DNA of 37,210 nucleotides from Escherichia coli (GTDB lineage Bacteria; Pseudomonadota; Gammaproteobacteria; Enterobacterales; Enterobacteriaceae): NCBI RefSeq assembly GCF_003334385.1, contig NZ_QOWN01000043.1; one strand, 5' to 3'. Shown piece by piece: positions 1 to 9,270 of this stretch (position 1 is its first letter; each line of letters starts with the position of its first letter). The notes under the pieces were generated by a model. It saw only the letters and a program-made list of their open reading frames with translations, ran no database searches and was not told where the DNA came from. The position numbers and the translations under genes were made by a program.

Positions 1-2922
1 CCGCGTGTAGAACACCAGGCGGTGCTGGCTGTCGTAGTGGTGGGTCCGCTCGTCGTGCATCCGTATCACCCCTTCCGCGATGCGGTTATCCGGCCATGCC
101 GTGAGCGTGCTGTCCGGGTGCAGTTCCGGGTCCGGCAGCCGGTTTCCTGCCGGGTCCGTCGCATACGGGATATCGATATCCAGGTTCGCCGCCGTGGTGT
201 GGACGCCCGTCAGCCTTCCCGTGTCGCTGTAACGGTACTCCCGGCTCTCCTGCGGGCCGCTGATGCGCACCAGTTGCCCGTTGTCGTTCCACGTATACTC
301 ACGGTCAAGCTGCGGGAGGTTCAGGTGCCTGCTCCGGAGCTGCCCTGTGAGGGTGTACGCCGTGGCCTGTTCGTACCCCGCTGTACTGCCCGCCCCGCCG
401 AAGCTGCGGGCCGTCTCACGGTGCAGCCTGTCCCGCGTGTACTCGACCAGCGGCGTTCCGCCCAGCTTCATCCCCGCAAGATAACCGCTGCCATATGTCA
501 GCCACTCCACCGGCGGCAGACCGTCCGGCTCCTGACGGGTCGCCAGCCCCTGTTCGCTGTACGCGTGCCCCGTCTCATGCTCCCACAGCATCTCCCCCGT
601 CTCCGGGTTCTCCACCGTCTGCCGTTCGCCCGTCAGGCGGCCTTTATCGTCATAGCCGTAGTGGACCGCCACACGGTGGCCTTCACTGGTATGGCTGATG
701 GTGGTTAACCACCCGTGCTCATCATACTGCCACTGCTCCGCCGGGTCGCCGTTCACCGTACGGTGCGTGATGCGGTCCGACGCATCGTAATGCCAGAGGG
801 TGATAAGCCCCTCATCTTCACTCTGCGTGAGTTTTCCGGTCAGGTCATACTGGTAACGTTGCGTCCGGCCGTCAAAGCCGCGCTGCTCCGTCAGCCTGTC
901 CACCGGGTCATACCGGAACGTGGACTGGCTGCCGTTCTCGTTAGTCAGCACGGTGATGCGCCCGGCGGCGTCATACCCCATGCTGCGCGTCAGTCCACCT
1001 TCCGTCACACTCACCGGACGCCCACGTTTATCATATTCGGTGGCGCTGCGTTTACCGTCCGGTGATATCGTTGCTGTCAGGTCGCCTGCAGCGCTGTACT
1101 CATAACGGGTTTCACGCCCCTGCGCATCCTTCCGACTGATCAGTTGGCCACGCGGGTTATAACTGCTGTAAGTGCTGATGCCTTCTTCCCGGTGAACGGC
1201 GATTTGTTGACCGTACTGGTCGTACTCATACCGCGTCGTGTACCCCGAGCAGTCCGTAAAGGCCAGCAGTTGACCGTAACGGTTTCGCGTTATTCTCCGC
1301 CTCACCCCGGTTCCGTCTTCCACCGCACAGGGCAGGCCACTGCGGGAAAAATCATAAAACCAGCGCGTAATGTTACCGTTGCGCGAGGTCTCTTCTGCCA
1401 GTCGGCCCTGACGGTCATATTTCCGGCTGCTGCGTAAACCATCCGGATATGTCACTGAAGTCAGTTGCAACTGGCTGTTATAGCCATACCGCACCGTCCT
1501 GCCGTCCGGCAGTATCACTGAAGTCAGCTTTCCAGACGCCATATGCAGCCGGTACTCCGTCCGCCGCCCCGCCGCATCCGTCTGCGCCTTCAGCCTCCCC
1601 GCCTCATCATACTCGCTGCGGGTGATGCTCCCGTCCGCATGCTCCTTTTTCACCACCCGCTTCAGGCCACCTTCGCCCTCCGTGTACAGCACCTCCCGCC
1701 GGTTCAGACTGTCCGTGATGATTACCCGGCGCTCTCCGTACTCAAAGCGGTAGTCCAGCCCCTCCGGGTTGACCTGCTCCGTCACCCGACCGGTATCATC
1801 ATACCGGTAGCGGCTCTCCGGCCTCCCCGCATAATGGTGCGCCACCATCCGCCCGGCGTGCTCCGCATCATAAGTAAACCCGCGAACCTGCGTCCCGCTG
1901 CGGTCATACACCGCCCGCAGTTCTCCGCTGGCCGTGTACGTGTAGCGCGCCAGCGGCGCAGTCGGCTGTTCATCCGGGTATGCCGGGTCGTGTGTCAGCC
2001 ACACCGCCTCCAGCCGGATACCGTTATCGGCACCGTACTCTGTACCGGCGGGCAGCGTGTCGGGGAAAACCTGAGAAGAGGAAGCAGAACGGGGACCGGC
2101 TGGAGAAGATAAGGAAGACTCGCGCTGTTTACGGAAGGCTTCTGCCCGCTGCGCCTGTGTGCTCAGCACCAGGTGAAAACAGCGGCCCGCACCGTCCGTC
2201 ACCCCCGTCACCGCGCCCGCCACGTCACCCTCCGCCGCCCGGTGGAAAGTCAGCGTCCGCCCGAAGCCGTCCACCACGCCCGTCAGCACCCGGTATGCGG
2301 GCGGCTCCGGCGGCGGCACCTCGTCCGCCTCCGGCACACGCTCCGGCCAGCCGAGTATCAGCCACTGCCCGGTTGTGCTGACAGCCATCATATAGGTGTG
2401 TGGACTCAGACGGACCGCTTCCGGCAACGCCCGCCAGAGCCGCGCAAGCGGATGGCCTTTGTGTTGTTTCAGCACTCCGCCCCTTGCCAGCCAGAACGAC
2501 TCGCTGCGGCTGTAGCTTATCTCGCCGGGAAACAGCGACTCAAAGTGAATGCTCCTGCCGCCGCTGTCGTTGAGTATCAGTTCCCGCTCATGAACCTGTA
2601 AGCGGATATCGAAGGGCGCTTTCCAGCCGGGACCAAACACGCCCACTGGCGCGGGCGTCCTGGTCCGGTAGCTGCTGTAGGCGCGGAAAAGAATAAACGG
2701 CAGCGGGCCGGGCAGTGCCAGGTCGGTTTCAACAGGCAGAACCTTCGCACCGAGTAGCGGGTTCACCGGGCTGCCATAGTTCGGACTGTCCTTTTTTGTG
2801 GGACACACCGAGCAGGCCACACCGGTTGGCGCACCTATCAGCACCCCTGCTGAACCCTGCACAATATCCAGTCCCTTGCGGGTCATGTCACCCTGCCGCG
2901 CCGCCGGTTTTCCGCCGCCCAT
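1..2922 (-). CDS. Rhs-family T6SS effector with N-terminal PAAR-like domain; partial, C-terminal toxin end lies beyond the window start
   Basis: Reverse-strand translation from ATG (plus-strand cat at 2920-2922) reads MGGGKPAARQGDMT..GSAGVLIGAPTGVACSVCP.., a PAAR-like N-terminus typical of E. coli Rhs proteins. The frame stays open to position 1, where it reads ..HDERTHHYDSQHRLVFYTR, matching the conserved Rhs core. The six-frame track misses it because no stop lies inside the window. GC-rich, as Rhs cores are. Confidence 0.85.
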   Translation of the reverse strand, partial: MGGGKPAARQGDMTRKGLDIVQGSAGVLIGAPTGVACSVCPTKKDSPNYGSPVNPLLGAKVLPVETDLALPGPLPFILFRAYSSYRTRTPAPVGVFGPGWKAPFDIRLQVHERELILNDSGGRSIHFESLFPGEISYSRSESFWLARGGVLKQHKGHPLARLWRALPEAVRLSPHTYMMAVSTTGQWLILGWPERVPEADEVPPPEPPAYRVLTGVVDGFGRTLTFHRAAEGDVAGAVTGVTDGAGRCFHLVLSTQAQRAEAFRKQRESSLSSPAGPRSASSSQVFPDTLPAGTEYGADNGIRLEAVWLTHDPAYPDEQPTAPLARYTYTASGELRAVYDRSGTQVRGFTYDAEHAGRMVAHHYAGRPESRYRYDDTGRVTEQVNPEGLDYRFEYGERRVIITDSLNRREVLYTEGEGGLKRVVKKEHADGSITRSEYDEAGRLKAQTDAAGRRTEYRLHMASGKLTSVILPDGRTVRYGYNSQLQLTSVTYPDGLRSSRKYDRQGRLAEETSRNGNITRWFYDFSRSGLPCAVEDGTGVRRRITRNRYGQLLAFTDCSGYTTRYEYDQYGQQIAVHREEGISTYSSYNPRGQLISRKDAQGRETRYEYSAAGDLTATISPDGKRSATEYDKRGRPVSVTEGGLTRSMGYDAAGRITVLTNENGSQSTFRYDPVDRLTEQRGFDGRTQRYQYDLTGKLTQSEDEGLITLWHYDASDRITHRTVNGDPAEQWQYDEHGWLTTISHTSEGHRVAVHYGYDDKGRLTGERQTVENPETGEMLWEHETGHAYSEQGLATRQEPDGLPPVEWLTYGSGYLAGMKLGGTPLVEYTRDRLHRETARSFGGAGSTAGYEQATAYTLTGQLRSRHLNLPQLDREYTWNDNGQLVRISGPQESREYRYSDTGRLTGVHTTAANLDIDIPYATDPAGNRLPDPELHPDSTLTAWPDNRIAEGVIRMHDERTHHYDSQHRLVFYTR

Positions 2923-2997
2923 GAATCAATTCCTTCTGCTTTTAATATGGTTCATCTGGTCACTGCACCAGTTCCGTTTTAATTTTTTGCACCTGAC

Positions 2998-5139
2998 TCA
3001 AAATTGCCGCATATCCGGCATTCCGGGGGGTAAATCTTTCGGCACAGGCGCATCCGGTACAGGTTGTGTGGCACCACAGTTCCAGTTAATCACTGGCGCA
3101 TCACCGTTCACATCCGACTCCCCTTCCAGATGAATGTGCGTACCGTTGAGAAATATGCTTCCGTCCTTCGTCAGCACCAGCCTTGCCTTACCACAGCAGA
3201 GTTCAAGATGCTCACCGGCAGAATAAACTGCTGTTTGTCCGGTGTTTTCCTTCATCGTCTTGCCCACCGAGAAGGTGACGTTATTCCCCACATTGACGCT
3301 GTAGCCCATTCCCACCATCAGTGATTTATGCAGCCCTACCTGTGAGGACTGCAACAACGCCACCGAGGTATTCATAATGCCGCCTACCGTCGTCTGGTAA
3401 GCCACACCCACCGTCAGCGCACGAATGATCCCCACCTTTTCAACCTGGTTTGATCCCACTTTGATAATCTGGTTACTACCCACCGTTTCCACCTGGTTGA
3501 CACCAACCGTCTGTATCTGATTAACGCCAATGTTCTGGATCTGGTTATTGGTAACGGTGATCGCCTGGTTGTTACCTATTTTTTCGGCATGGTTGTTTAT
3601 CACATCAGTGGTGCGGTTATTCAGCACCTCGGTGTTCATGTTCTTCTGCGCGTGGATGTAGACCTGTTCTTTCCCTGTCGCATCGTCAAACTTCAGTTCA
3701 TTAAACCCGCTGCCCTTATAGGTTTTCGAACGAATGGTCATCTGCGTCTTTGTTCCCGGCAGGCTGCCGGGTGTGCGGTTTTCCTGGTGGTAGGTGCGCC
3801 CCATAATGATCGGCTGGTCCGGATCGCCGTTGAGGAAGTCCACAATCACCTCCTGACCCACACGCGGTATCGCCAGGTTACCGAATCCGGTGCCTGCCCA
3901 CGCCTGTGCCACACGGATCCAGCATGAACTGTCCTGGTTTGACGGGTTATAACGGTCCCAGTTAAATTTCACCCGCACGCGGCCATGTTCATCACAGAAG
4001 ATTTCCTCGCCTGCCGGTCCCGTCACGACGGCGCTCTGCGGGCCGTCCACCAGCGGTTTCAGCAACGGCTGTGGCCGCCATGTCCGGTCTGCCGGTATTA
4101 CCGCAAAGTGGTTATTCAGCGTGGTTCCTGAACCACTGCGTCCCGGCACCGCCTGCGGCTGCTCGCCGTGCAGTTCACTTGCCACCACCTGCCATTCCCG
4201 GTTCAGGTTCGCCTGCGGATGCCCCGTCAGCACAATTCGCCGTCCCGGCCATATCTCCGGAGAACGGCTTGTTCCGCGCGCCACTTCTGCGTTGTTGCGC
4301 CAGCCATCCATCTGCCAGCGGGCAAAGTTCTGCCCGTGAGCACCCTTGAAACGTCCGGGGTAGTCATACACTTCATACTGTGTGCGCTGGTAATCCTGGT
4401 ACTGGCCTTCCTGATCAAAACGCCCTGCCCAGCCGGGTCGTTTAAAGGTGTAGTCTTTGGTCACCACGGAAGAAGGGCGGATTTGTGCGCTGTAGCGAAA
4501 CTGGCTGATGCAGAGGGTGCTTACCTCGGTACGGGTGTTCGGATTCCAGGGGATCTCAAAGGACTCCGGCAGATAACGCACGGTATCGCACAGGACCAGG
4601 CTCTGGTCGGTACTTTTTTGCGCGTGCTCCTCATAAAAGAAGATGCCTTCCTCCGCCGCCATCCGGCACAGGAAATCGTAATCAGTCTCACCGTACTGGA
4701 CACAAAACTCACGGGAAGGATGTGGCTCGCTGAACAGCGGGCTCCACTCGGTCACCCCGTTTTCCTGCAATATCGTGCCGAGGATGCTTTCGATGTCCTC
4801 ATTCTGGAAGATACGGAAGTTCTGGCGCAGCCCTGTGCGCCACAGCGGCGGGCATACCTTCATGCTGTACAGCTTCTGGTTTTTGTCGTTCTCCCCCAGT
4901 TCAAACCAGGTCACCACACCTTTCACCCGGCGCTGTACGTCATCGCCCTGCCATATCGTCAGGTAGGCCATTTTGTCGAGGATCTGCTGGAATTCAAGGG
5001 AGAGAAACTGCTGGCTGACCAGAGAGAGATCGAGGGAAAAAAGCGAAGAGAGTGACTGGTTCAGATGAAAGGAAACCACCGCAAAAGCATCCGGTGGCAG
5101 GCCGTCCACTTCCAGCGTGAAACGTAATCCGGTTGACAT
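2998..5139 (-). CDS. vgrG: VgrG (TssI) spike protein
   Basis: 713-aa ORF starting MSTGLRFTLEVDGLPPDAFAVVSFHLNQ.., with gp27/gp5-like regions and C-terminal VGxNQ beta-helix repeats. GGAGG ribosome-binding site upstream of the ATG at 5139. Confidence 0.95.
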   Translation of the reverse strand: MSTGLRFTLEVDGLPPDAFAVVSFHLNQSLSSLFSLDLSLVSQQFLSLEFQQILDKMAYLTIWQGDDVQRRVKGVVTWFELGENDKNQKLYSMKVCPPLWRTGLRQNFRIFQNEDIESILGTILQENGVTEWSPLFSEPHPSREFCVQYGETDYDFLCRMAAEEGIFFYEEHAQKSTDQSLVLCDTVRYLPESFEIPWNPNTRTEVSTLCISQFRYSAQIRPSSVVTKDYTFKRPGWAGRFDQEGQYQDYQRTQYEVYDYPGRFKGAHGQNFARWQMDGWRNNAEVARGTSRSPEIWPGRRIVLTGHPQANLNREWQVVASELHGEQPQAVPGRSGSGTTLNNHFAVIPADRTWRPQPLLKPLVDGPQSAVVTGPAGEEIFCDEHGRVRVKFNWDRYNPSNQDSSCWIRVAQAWAGTGFGNLAIPRVGQEVIVDFLNGDPDQPIIMGRTYHQENRTPGSLPGTKTQMTIRSKTYKGSGFNELKFDDATGKEQVYIHAQKNMNTEVLNNRTTDVINNHAEKIGNNQAITVTNNQIQNIGVNQIQTVGVNQVETVGSNQIIKVGSNQVEKVGIIRALTVGVAYQTTVGGIMNTSVALLQSSQVGLHKSLMVGMGYSVNVGNNVTFSVGKTMKENTGQTAVYSAGEHLELCCGKARLVLTKDGSIFLNGTHIHLEGESDVNGDAPVINWNCGATQPVPDAPVPKDLPPGMPDMRQF

Positions 5140-5303
5140 AGCAACCTCCGGGGTTAAGGAAAAACAGACAGTTCGCTGTTAAAGCGGCTGTGACAGTACA
5201 GTGTTACGCTTGCGTTCAGGCACGCTACCGCCGAAGTTTCCGGCAGCCGCCATCTCCCGTGAACGTAACCCCTTACTGACAACCTTTCTTTCTACGGCGT
5301 AAT

Positions 5304-5340
5304 ACAAAAACAGCATCCGGCCTGATAGCCGGATGCTGTT
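5304..5340 (-). terminator. Rho-independent terminator downstream of hcp
   Basis: Perfect inverted repeat cagcatccggc / gccggatgctg with a 6-nt loop at 5311-5339; on the minus strand it is followed by a T-run (plus-strand aaaaa at 5306-5310). Confidence 0.6.
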
Positions 5341-5348
5341 GGCTTAAC

Positions 5349-5867
5349 TTATGCTTCCAGCGGTGCGCGCCAGTCGTCGGCACCGGAGGTGCCAGATTTG
5401 ACGTGTTCCCATTCAATTTTGCGGTAGGCCAGTGAAACTTCGAGCAACTGGGTGAACTCGCGTTTCGCCGGGTCCTGGCAATGCGGCATATGCAGTTTCA
5501 TATCGACAATCGTCGAATCAGTCAGGCGGGTAGTGAAATAATGCTCCTGTTTGCCTTCCACAGAGGTACGCCACCAGTGAAGTTCAGTGGTTGGCAGCAT
5601 TTCGCCGGAGGCCAGTGCGTTGTACATCAGCGGAACCGCTTTGTTCAGCGCCACGGTAAAAATGAAAGGCTTGTGAGCACGCTGACCCGCAGGCTGACCG
5701 GACTGAGGATCGGTCGGGACAGTAACGTTATGCAGGAATTCCTGCACCAGCATCTCGTCTTCGTGCCCCTGCACATAGATGTTGCCGACAGAATCAGCGG
5801 TAAATGCACCTGCAGTAATATTTCCCTGGGTCTGACCAGTGATGGAGATATAACACGGTGTTGGCAT
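5349..5867 (-). CDS. hcp: Hcp (TssD) T6SS tube protein
   Basis: 172-aa ORF MPTPCYISITGQTQGNITAGAFTADSVGN..DDWRAPLEA, characteristic of the Hcp family; AGGAG-like ribosome-binding site. Confidence 0.95.
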   Translation of the reverse strand: MPTPCYISITGQTQGNITAGAFTADSVGNIYVQGHEDEMLVQEFLHNVTVPTDPQSGQPAGQRAHKPFIFTVALNKAVPLMYNALASGEMLPTTELHWWRTSVEGKQEHYFTTRLTDSTIVDMKLHMPHCQDPAKREFTQLLEVSLAYRKIEWEHVKSGTSGADDWRAPLEA

Positions 5868-6561
5868 TTGTAAACTCCTTGTTAACGTGGTTAATTACTA
5901 CTTACAATGACCTGCCGTGAATCCCAGACAGGCAGATGCAGCTCACTTCACGGAACCGCATCATTTTCAGTATTTTTTACATACAAACCGAGCTAGAATT
6001 TACGGTTGTCGTAAAAACTATTTTTAAAATCATTAAATCTCTTATTCAGCAATAACTTAATAATATATATCTGGATAACCATACCCAACTGTTCAAAGTC
6101 CGTATTGCCTCCATAAAATGGCCAAAGCTGAATCATGAATAAATATTGTATTTATCCTTTCTGAATTATCATTTTGATAATTTTTGAGATATTCCTTAAA
6201 AATACCCACTTAATCAATCACAAAACAAATATATAAACAAGCAATCATTAGATTAGCTTATGTTTAATAAAATTACTATATAATTCAATAAGATGCATAA
6301 AAATTCTATATTTAAATTATTGCCATAATACACCTGACGCGAATTGCACAGGTTCATACAATCTATTTAACGCTTGCAGAATACCCCTCTTTACGATCGA
6401 TAAAAAGTCCTTTTCTTATTTATTTTGAAGCGTAAAATGCGGGGTGATGAAGGAGTGGTGATTTTATTTTCACCGCCATCAAGGCGGCATTTCCGATATT
6501 TTTTACGGTACGAATATGCCGTGTTCATGGCCTGTACGAGATAACATGACGGATCACTTTT
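5868..6561. promoter_or_regulatory. AT-rich divergent control region between hcp (minus) and tssB (plus)
   Basis: About 700 bp with no ORF of 60 aa or more, strongly AT-rich against GC-rich flanking genes, lying between two divergently oriented operon starts. Contains a Fur-box-like aattatcattttgataatt at 6165-6183. Confidence 0.5.
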
Positions 6562-7062
6562 ATGAGCAAAAAATTTGAAGGCAGCGTCGCGCCTCGCGAA
6601 CGTATTAATATATCGTATGTCCCAAAAACAGATGGCCAGACGGCTGAAGTGGAACTTCCGCTTAACATGCTCGTTGTCGGCGATACCGGAAATACGCAGG
6701 AAACATCCTCACTGGATGAACGTCAGGCAGTTTCCGTTAACAAGCACAATTTCGGTGCAGTGATGGCTGAAGCAGCCATTGGCCTCAATTTTACCGTCCC
6801 CGCCACGCTGAAGGGAAGCACAACGGACGATGAGCTGAATGTGGCGCTGAATATCAAGTCACTGGATGATTTTTCACCAGATAGCGTGGCCCGGCAGGTT
6901 CCGGAAGTGAATAAATTGCTGGAACTGCGTGAAGCACTGACTGCACTGAAGGGGCCGATGGGTAACCTTCCGGCATTCCGTACCCAGCTCCAGGCATTGC
7001 TGGAAAATGAAGAGTCCCGCGAGCAGTTGCTCAAAGAAATCGGCCAGGTGAGCAATAAATAA
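6562..7062 (+). CDS. tssB: TssB (VipA/ImpB) small sheath subunit
   Basis: 166-aa ORF MSKKFEGSVAPRERINISYVPKTDG.., typical TssB length and N-terminus, immediately upstream of tssC. Confidence 0.93.
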   Translation: MSKKFEGSVAPRERINISYVPKTDGQTAEVELPLNMLVVGDTGNTQETSSLDERQAVSVNKHNFGAVMAEAAIGLNFTVPATLKGSTTDDELNVALNIKSLDDFSPDSVARQVPEVNKLLELREALTALKGPMGNLPAFRTQLQALLENEESREQLLKEIGQVSNK

Positions 7063-7096
7063 CCACCACTATTTCATTAAACAGGGTTATCCAGGC

Positions 7097-7321
7097 ATGA
7101 CGGCACACAAAAATATCTCCGGGACATACCACCTCTCTGTTGCAGACATTCTGCAGGTGGTTTACCAGGTATGTTTCAGCCCGTCCGTTGAAATCAACCA
7201 GGATGGTGTGGCTGCGCTGATTACAACACTGGATCGCCGTATCAGTGATCTATTGGATGAGATTATCCATTTTTGTGAGTTTCAGCAGAGCGCGTCGCAC
7301 TGGCAGCGCGTACTTCACTGA
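7097..7321 (+). CDS. 74-aa hypothetical protein carrying a TssC N-terminal-like motif
   Basis: The ORF product ..LITTLDRRISDLLDEIIHFCEFQQSASHWQRVLH aligns by eye with TssC ..MIADIDERISRQMDVIIHAPAFQQVESFWRSL.. encoded 50 bp downstream. Weak ribosome-binding site, so translation is uncertain. Confidence 0.45.
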   Translation: MTAHKNISGTYHLSVADILQVVYQVCFSPSVEINQDGVAALITTLDRRISDLLDEIIHFCEFQQSASHWQRVLH

Positions 7322-7371
7322 TGGCGAAAAGCCGGTTTCAGAAACACAGCTAAAACAGAAGGATTTTCAGT

Positions 7372-8847
7372 ATGTCTTTACAGGAAGAGGAACTCGTTTC
7401 CAGTCATGCCGGGCAGCCTGAGCAGGCATCGTCGCTGCTTGATCAAATCATGGCACAGACCCGTATTCAGCCCGGTTCGGAAGGTTATGACGTTGCCCGC
7501 CAGGGTGTGACAGCCTTTATTGCCAGCATCCTGCAATCCACTGCATCTGCCGAACCGGTCAATAAACTGGTCGTGGACAGCATGATTGCAGATATTGATG
7601 AACGCATCAGCCGCCAGATGGATGTCATCATCCATGCGCCTGCCTTTCAGCAGGTCGAGTCGTTCTGGCGCTCACTGAAAACCATGGTGGATCGCGTTGA
7701 TTTCCGTGAAAACATCAAGGTCAACGTGCTTCATGTCACCAAGCAGGAACTTCTGGAAGACTTTGAGTTTGCGCCAGAAATTATTCAGTCCGGATTTTAT
7801 AAGCACGTTTATTCGTCCGGTTTCGGACAGTTTGGCGGTGAACCCATCGCTGCCGTGCTGGGCGCTTATGAGTTCAAAAATACCGCGCCTGACATGAAAC
7901 TGCTGCAATACGTCAGTGCAGTGGGCGCAATGGCGCACGCACCGTTCCTGTCCTCCGTTTCCCCGGAGTTTATGGGGCTGAACTCGTGGACCGAACTGCC
8001 TAATATCAAAGATCTTTATGCCATCTTTGAAGGTCCGGCCTACACCAAATGGCGCGCCCTGCGTGACTCGGAAGATTCGCGCTATTTAGGGCTTACAGCA
8101 CCCCGCTTCCTGCTTCGCCAGCCCTATTCACCAACAGATAACCCTGTTAAGAACTTTAACTATTACGAAGATGTCAGCCAGAACCACGAAGATTATCTGT
8201 GGGGTAATACGGCCTGGATGCTGGCATGCAATATCGCAGACAGTTTTGCCAAATACCGCTGGTGTCCAAACATTATCGGTCCGCAAAGCGGCGGCGCAGT
8301 GAAAGATCTGCCGGTGCATCTGTTCGAAACGATGGGGCAGATTCAGGCCAAAATCCCAACCGAGGTGCTGGTCACCGATCGCCGCGAATTTGAACTGGCT
8401 GAAGAGGGTTTTATCACCCTTACCATGCGTAAAGACTCTGATAATGCAGCCTTTTTCTCTGCAAACTCGGTACAAAAACCGAAGCACTTTCCGGGAAAAG
8501 ATGCAGAAACCAACTATAAGCTGGGTACGCAGCTTCCTTATCTCTTCATCATCAATCGGTTAGCGCACTACATCAAGGTGTTGCAGCGTGAACAACAGGG
8601 GTCATGGAAAGAAAGGAGCGACTTAGAAAGAGAGCTTAATACCTGGATCCGTCAGTATGTTGCCGACCAGGAAAACCCGCCTGCAGACGTGCGCAGCCGC
8701 AAACCTCTGCGCGCTGCCAAAGTTGAGGTTATGGATGTAGAAGGCGAACCCGGCTGGTACCAGGTTGCGCTAAGCGTGAGACCTCATTTTAAATTTATGG
8801 GGGCAAATTTTGAGCTTTCCCTGGTTGGCCGGTTAGACAGGGAGTAA
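7372..8847 (+). CDS. tssC: TssC (VipB/ImpC) large sheath subunit
   Basis: 491-aa ORF with the conserved ERISRQMDVIIHAPAFQQVESFWRSL region; position after tssB. Confidence 0.95.
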   Translation: MSLQEEELVSSHAGQPEQASSLLDQIMAQTRIQPGSEGYDVARQGVTAFIASILQSTASAEPVNKLVVDSMIADIDERISRQMDVIIHAPAFQQVESFWRSLKTMVDRVDFRENIKVNVLHVTKQELLEDFEFAPEIIQSGFYKHVYSSGFGQFGGEPIAAVLGAYEFKNTAPDMKLLQYVSAVGAMAHAPFLSSVSPEFMGLNSWTELPNIKDLYAIFEGPAYTKWRALRDSEDSRYLGLTAPRFLLRQPYSPTDNPVKNFNYYEDVSQNHEDYLWGNTAWMLACNIADSFAKYRWCPNIIGPQSGGAVKDLPVHLFETMGQIQAKIPTEVLVTDRREFELAEEGFITLTMRKDSDNAAFFSANSVQKPKHFPGKDAETNYKLGTQLPYLFIINRLAHYIKVLQREQQGSWKERSDLERELNTWIRQYVADQENPPADVRSRKPLRAAKVEVMDVEGEPGWYQVALSVRPHFKFMGANFELSLVGRLDRE

Positions 8848-8853
8848 CACACC

Positions 8854-9267
8854 ATGATACCGGATCGGGAAAGAACCACAGGTTCTCTTTTTGAGCGTAT
8901 GGAAGCCTCTTCGGCCAGAAACCGGCAGGGAGGCAGTATTCATTCGCTCAGGCAATCCATTCGCCAGAACCTACGAAACATTCTTAATACCCGGTCCGGT
9001 AGTTGCCGGGGTGCGCCTGAGCTGGGCATTGATGAACCGGAAGGGGCTGAAAACTTCCGCGAATCCATGAGTCGGGCCATCGAGCAATGTATAGAACGCT
9101 ATGAACCCCGGATCTCACACGCTGAAGTGCAGGTAGTGGTTTCATCCGCCTCCAGCCCGCTGGATATGACGTTTCATATTACAGCCTGGGTGACATTTAA
9201 CGAAACGCATGAGGTGCTTGAATTTGATATGGCACCGAATGGCAGCCAGCATTACCGGGTGGACTGA
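8854..9267 (+). CDS. tssE: TssE (gp25-like baseplate component)
   Basis: 137-aa ORF with the SIRQNLRNILNTRSG motif typical of the GPW/gp25 family; sits between tssC and tssF. Confidence 0.85.
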   Translation: MIPDRERTTGSLFERMEASSARNRQGGSIHSLRQSIRQNLRNILNTRSGSCRGAPELGIDEPEGAENFRESMSRAIEQCIERYEPRISHAEVQVVVSSASSPLDMTFHITAWVTFNETHEVLEFDMAPNGSQHYRVD

Positions 9268-9270
9268 CAA

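Noticed and set aside
22..2924. Series of plus-strand ORFs (22-708, 715-1065, 1543-2112, 1980-2381, 2173-2601, 2798-3133 and others) with Arg/Pro-rich translations
   Set aside because: They lie antisense to the long open Rhs frame on the minus strand, which carries recognisable PAAR and Rhs core motifs. GC-rich Rhs DNA produces long spurious antisense frames, and none of these has a recognisable motif.
3440..3620. Imperfect tandem repeats at DNA level within vgrG
   Set aside because: They encode the VGxNQ beta-helix repeats of the VgrG spike; a coding periodicity, not a separate repeat element or CRISPR array.
4168..5055. 295-aa plus-strand ORF inside vgrG
   Set aside because: Antisense shadow ORF within the well-supported vgrG coding region; low-complexity translation with no ribosome-binding site context.
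5868..6561. Sigma-54 (RpoN) promoter upstream of hcp or tssB
   Set aside because: I looked for TGGCAC-N5-TTGCA on both strands. Only an isolated TTGCA near 6371-6376 without the upstream GG element was seen, and no vasH-type activator is encoded.
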